A stretch of 64,000 nt of DNA from Aureliella sp. (GTDB taxonomy: Bacteria; Planctomycetota; Planctomycetia; Pirellulales; Pirellulaceae). Where the stretch lies: the NCBI GenBank assembly GCA_963691875.1, contig OY829846.1, forward strand, positions 992,001 through 1,056,000, written 5' to 3'. The notes under the pieces are model-generated. The model saw nothing but the letters and a program-made list of their open reading frames with translations, made no database searches and was not told the origin of the DNA. Position 1 is the first letter of the stretch. Every line of letters begins with the position of its first letter. Positions 61,185-64,000 of this stretch are shown here, piece by piece. The position numbers and the translations under genes are program-made.

Positions 61185-63767
61185 ATGCTTCGAATTATCA
61201 GCCATAGATGTGTTCTGGTTGGCTGCGCCACCCTGCTCTTTTCTGCAATCCTCACCCAGGCTTCCGCGACCGAGCTTATTCGCATCACGGCAAAAAACTA
61301 CGATCGAGTGGTTCCGAAGGGTAAGGAAGTGGATGCAATCTATGGCGACTGGGTGCTGCGAAATAAGCATGTGGTGGCTGTCATCGCTCACCCGACGCCG
61401 GGCCGCAAAGCGAACATGACGGTGCGGGGTGTGGGCGGCATGCTCATCGACTACACCACTCGTTTTCACAGTAGCGATCAACTCAGTTGCTTCTATCCGA
61501 CCGCAGGACGTTATCTGTTCGAAAGCGAAGAGAGCATCGTGGTTACGACAGATGGGAATAATGATATCAGCAAAGCCCCACAAGCGGATCTGATCGCAGA
61601 TTCCATTTCCATTGCGTTTCAAGGTATCTCGCTTGCCGGCGACGATACCTCAGCGACGGTGCGATACAACTTGGACGACACGCAGCGGTATCTGAGCTAC
61701 ACAGTAGAGATTCAAAATGGTGGTGAGAAAATTAGGCAAGTCGCAATCGATGAAGCACTGCGCTGCGACGGAGATCTCTTTCGAATAGGAGCGACAGAGG
61801 GCGCTTTGTTTGCCGAAGACGAGTACTTCGGCCAGTGCCTTCTGTTTCGGATCGATGATCGAGAAGTAAAACGGGCAGGCAGCGGTCGGAAGATCTTGAT
61901 TCAGCCGATCAACGACAAAACGCTCGATATCGCCAGTGGCGAATCTAGTAGCTGGTCTGGCAGAGTCTACTGCTCCCAATCACTCATGGGGGCAAAGAAT
62001 CTCATGCTTGCGACCAAAGAAAATCCAGTTGAAAAATTACAATTCCTTGTGCGCAGCAATGGGCCAAGTGGTCCTGTCGCTCATGCTCCAGTCGAGTTCT
62101 TGCGTGACGGCGAGTCAGTTGGAACCGCGCAGACGAACGAAGAGGGTTGGATTCGAACTAGCCTTCCGCCCGGGAAATATTCAGCCAAAGTTAAAGCCAC
62201 CGGCCACGAAGACTTTGAACAAAACTTTGTTATTGACCCCGGCAAGCCAGCGGCTGTGAACTTGAGTCTCAAGGCTGGAAGCCGAGTACGTGTCAAGGTT
62301 GTGGATGTCACTGGCACTCCGATTCCCGCCAAGGTTCAATTCTACACCGCAGACGGCGGGGCTGATCCCGATTTTGGACCGACCTCTGCCATCGCCGCTG
62401 TGAAGAACGCCGTCTACACGGCAAGCGGTTCCTTCGAACAGGCTCTCGATCCTGGTTCCTATCAAGTCTACATAAGCCGAGGTCCCGAGTACGACGCGGA
62501 CGTGCAAGTCTTCGATCTCAAGCCAGGTCAGCTCATACCTATCTCCAGCACACTGAAACGGACGGTAGATACATCGGGTTGGGTCTCCGCAGAGTTTCAT
62601 TCACATTCGAGTCCTTCTGGCGACAATGTCTCCCATCAGCGCGGACGCGTCATGAATTTGCTGGCGGAGCATCTTGAGTTCGCTCCTTGCACTGAACACA
62701 ATCGCATCGATACTTACGCGGATGATTTGCTAGCGCTCAAGGCTAGCCAGTGGATGGCCACCTGCACCGGAATGGAGCTCACCGGCGGACCGCTACCGAT
62801 CAACCATCAAAATGCTTTTCCACTCGTGATGCACGAGCACCGGCAAGACGGAGGTGGCCCACAAACGGATTCAGATCCCGTTAAGCAGATCGAAAGATTG
62901 GCTCTCTGGGACAACTCAAGCCCCAAAGTCGTTCAAACCAACCATCCGAACATACCAGCTATTCTTGGCGATCGAGACATCAACGGATCTCCCGACGACG
63001 GCTTCCGCGGCATGTTGGGCTGGATGGATACGATCGAAATCCACCCAATCGAGAACATCTTCACTCCGCCGTTGCCGAAAGTAGCTCCCAACAAACGAGA
63101 CGAGCGAGCGTTTTACTGGATGCAACTAATGAACCTGGGCTATCGTATCCCAGGCGTCGTCAACACCGACGCACACTATAACTTTCATGGCTCGGGGTGG
63201 CTACGCAATTACATTCAGTGTTCTACGGACGATCCCGCAGAAATCCAGCTTCAAGAAATGATTCATTCTGTCGAGCATGGTCATATGACGATGACCACGG
63301 GACCGTTCTTAGAAGCCGAGATTCGGCAACCTTCTGGAAGCAGGCTTGTTTCGTTCAGAGTTGGCGATGACCTTGATCAGACAGGTCGAGAACTACTTTG
63401 GATTCGGGTGCAGTGTCCCAACTGGTTTGATGTCAATCGAGTTCAGGTTTTCGCCAACGGACGCCCCCTCGACGATTGGAACTTCACTCGCAAACGTCAC
63501 CCCGAGTGGTTTCCCGATAAGGGAGCGAAACGCTTCGAATTCCAACAAATACTTCCCAAGTTCGAGGAAGACACTCACATAGTCGTTGCCACAATTGGCG
63601 AGGGACTGACACTTGGTACTGTGTTGGGCAGGGATGCTGGGAAGCGACCACCTGTTGCAATCACAAATCCGTTTTTTCTAGATGTGGATGGTGGCGGATT
63701 CCAAGGAAATGGCGATGATTTAGGTGTTTCATTCATGTTGGACATTCCAGAAGTAAAAGCTAGATAG
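61185..63767 (+). CDS. CehA/McbA family metallohydrolase (PHP-like domain), secreted
   Basis: Signal peptide, [39 protein letters not shown] and NTDAH. Confidence 0.85.
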   Translation: MLRIISHRCVLVGCATLLFSAILTQASATELIRITAKNYDRVVPKGKEVDAIYGDWVLRNKHVVAVIAHPTPGRKANMTVRGVGGMLIDYTTRFHSSDQLSCFYPTAGRYLFESEESIVVTTDGNNDISKAPQADLIADSISIAFQGISLAGDDTSATVRYNLDDTQRYLSYTVEIQNGGEKIRQVAIDEALRCDGDLFRIGATEGALFAEDEYFGQCLLFRIDDREVKRAGSGRKILIQPINDKTLDIASGESSSWSGRVYCSQSLMGAKNLMLATKENPVEKLQFLVRSNGPSGPVAHAPVEFLRDGESVGTAQTNEEGWIRTSLPPGKYSAKVKATGHEDFEQNFVIDPGKPAAVNLSLKAGSRVRVKVVDVTGTPIPAKVQFYTADGGADPDFGPTSAIAAVKNAVYTASGSFEQALDPGSYQVYISRGPEYDADVQVFDLKPGQLIPISSTLKRTVDTSGWVSAEFHSHSSPSGDNVSHQRGRVMNLLAEHLEFAPCTEHNRIDTYADDLLALKASQWMATCTGMELTGGPLPINHQNAFPLVMHEHRQDGGGPQTDSDPVKQIERLALWDNSSPKVVQTNHPNIPAILGDRDINGSPDDGFRGMLGWMDTIEIHPIENIFTPPLPKVAPNKRDERAFYWMQLMNLGYRIPGVVNTDAHYNFHGSGWLRNYIQCSTDDPAEIQLQEMIHSVEHGHMTMTTGPFLEAEIRQPSGSRLVSFRVGDDLDQTGRELLWIRVQCPNWFDVNRVQVFANGRPLDDWNFTRKRHPEWFPDKGAKRFEFQQILPKFEEDTHIVVATIGEGLTLGTVLGRDAGKRPPVAITNPFFLDVDGGGFQGNGDDLGVSFMLDIPEVKAR

Positions 63768-63820
63768 CAAGTGCCTGGAAAGTTAACCAATATCATCCCT
63801 CCAGCTTTGCGTGCGATACT

Positions 63821-64000
63821 TTGGCCGAATCGAACTCCTTTCAGCAATCTAATTCCATCGCTGCTTTTGAACGCGCTCAAAAACTCTTGCCCGGTGGAGT
63901 GAACAGCCCCGCGAGAGCATTCGGTGCCGTCGGTGGCAAGCCCTTGTTCATAGAGCGAGCGGAAGGCCCGTACCTATTCGACATCGATGGGAATCAGCTC
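63821..64000 (+). CDS. hemL: Glutamate-1-semialdehyde 2,1-aminomutase (5' part, runs off the window)
   Basis: Manual translation from TTG 63821 gives ...[43 protein letters not shown]. Confidence 0.92.
   Translation, partial: MAESNSFQQSNSIAAFERAQKLLPGGVNSPARAFGAVGGKPLFIERAEGPYLFDIDGNQL

Overview
64-kb window of a Planctomycetota (Pirellulaceae-like) chromosome, inferred from a PVC-type CxxCH dehydrogenase, a sulfatase, a PQQ-repeat protein, planctomycete-style Ser/Thr kinases and a CehA/McbA hydrolase. It carries housekeeping and metabolic genes (ridA-family, cmoA, apt, a short uvrC, slyX, cutC, sdaA, rnpB, partial hemL) and several decayed genes the ORF track only shows as fragments (YHS-repeat, macro domain, DUF3565, and a whole H-NOX/kinase/HDOD operon). 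Two candidate uncharacterised systems stand out. (1) At 46.0-55.8 kb, a hotdog-thioesterase/carboxyl-methyltransferase fusion is divergent from a 1947-aa pseudokinase-ATPase-TPR-GAF-HK-REC-HPt sensor and lies next to two atypical LuxR/FixJ regulators whose shared promoter has helically phased GCGG-N4-CCGC boxes; this may be a small-molecule synthase plus sensing circuit. (2) At 10.5-14.5 kb, a pentaheme cytochrome c is translationally coupled to an outer-membrane beta-barrel, a possible porin-cytochrome conduit. No CRISPR array, tRNA, rRNA or intact transposase was seen. All domain calls are by eye from motifs; no database searches were run.
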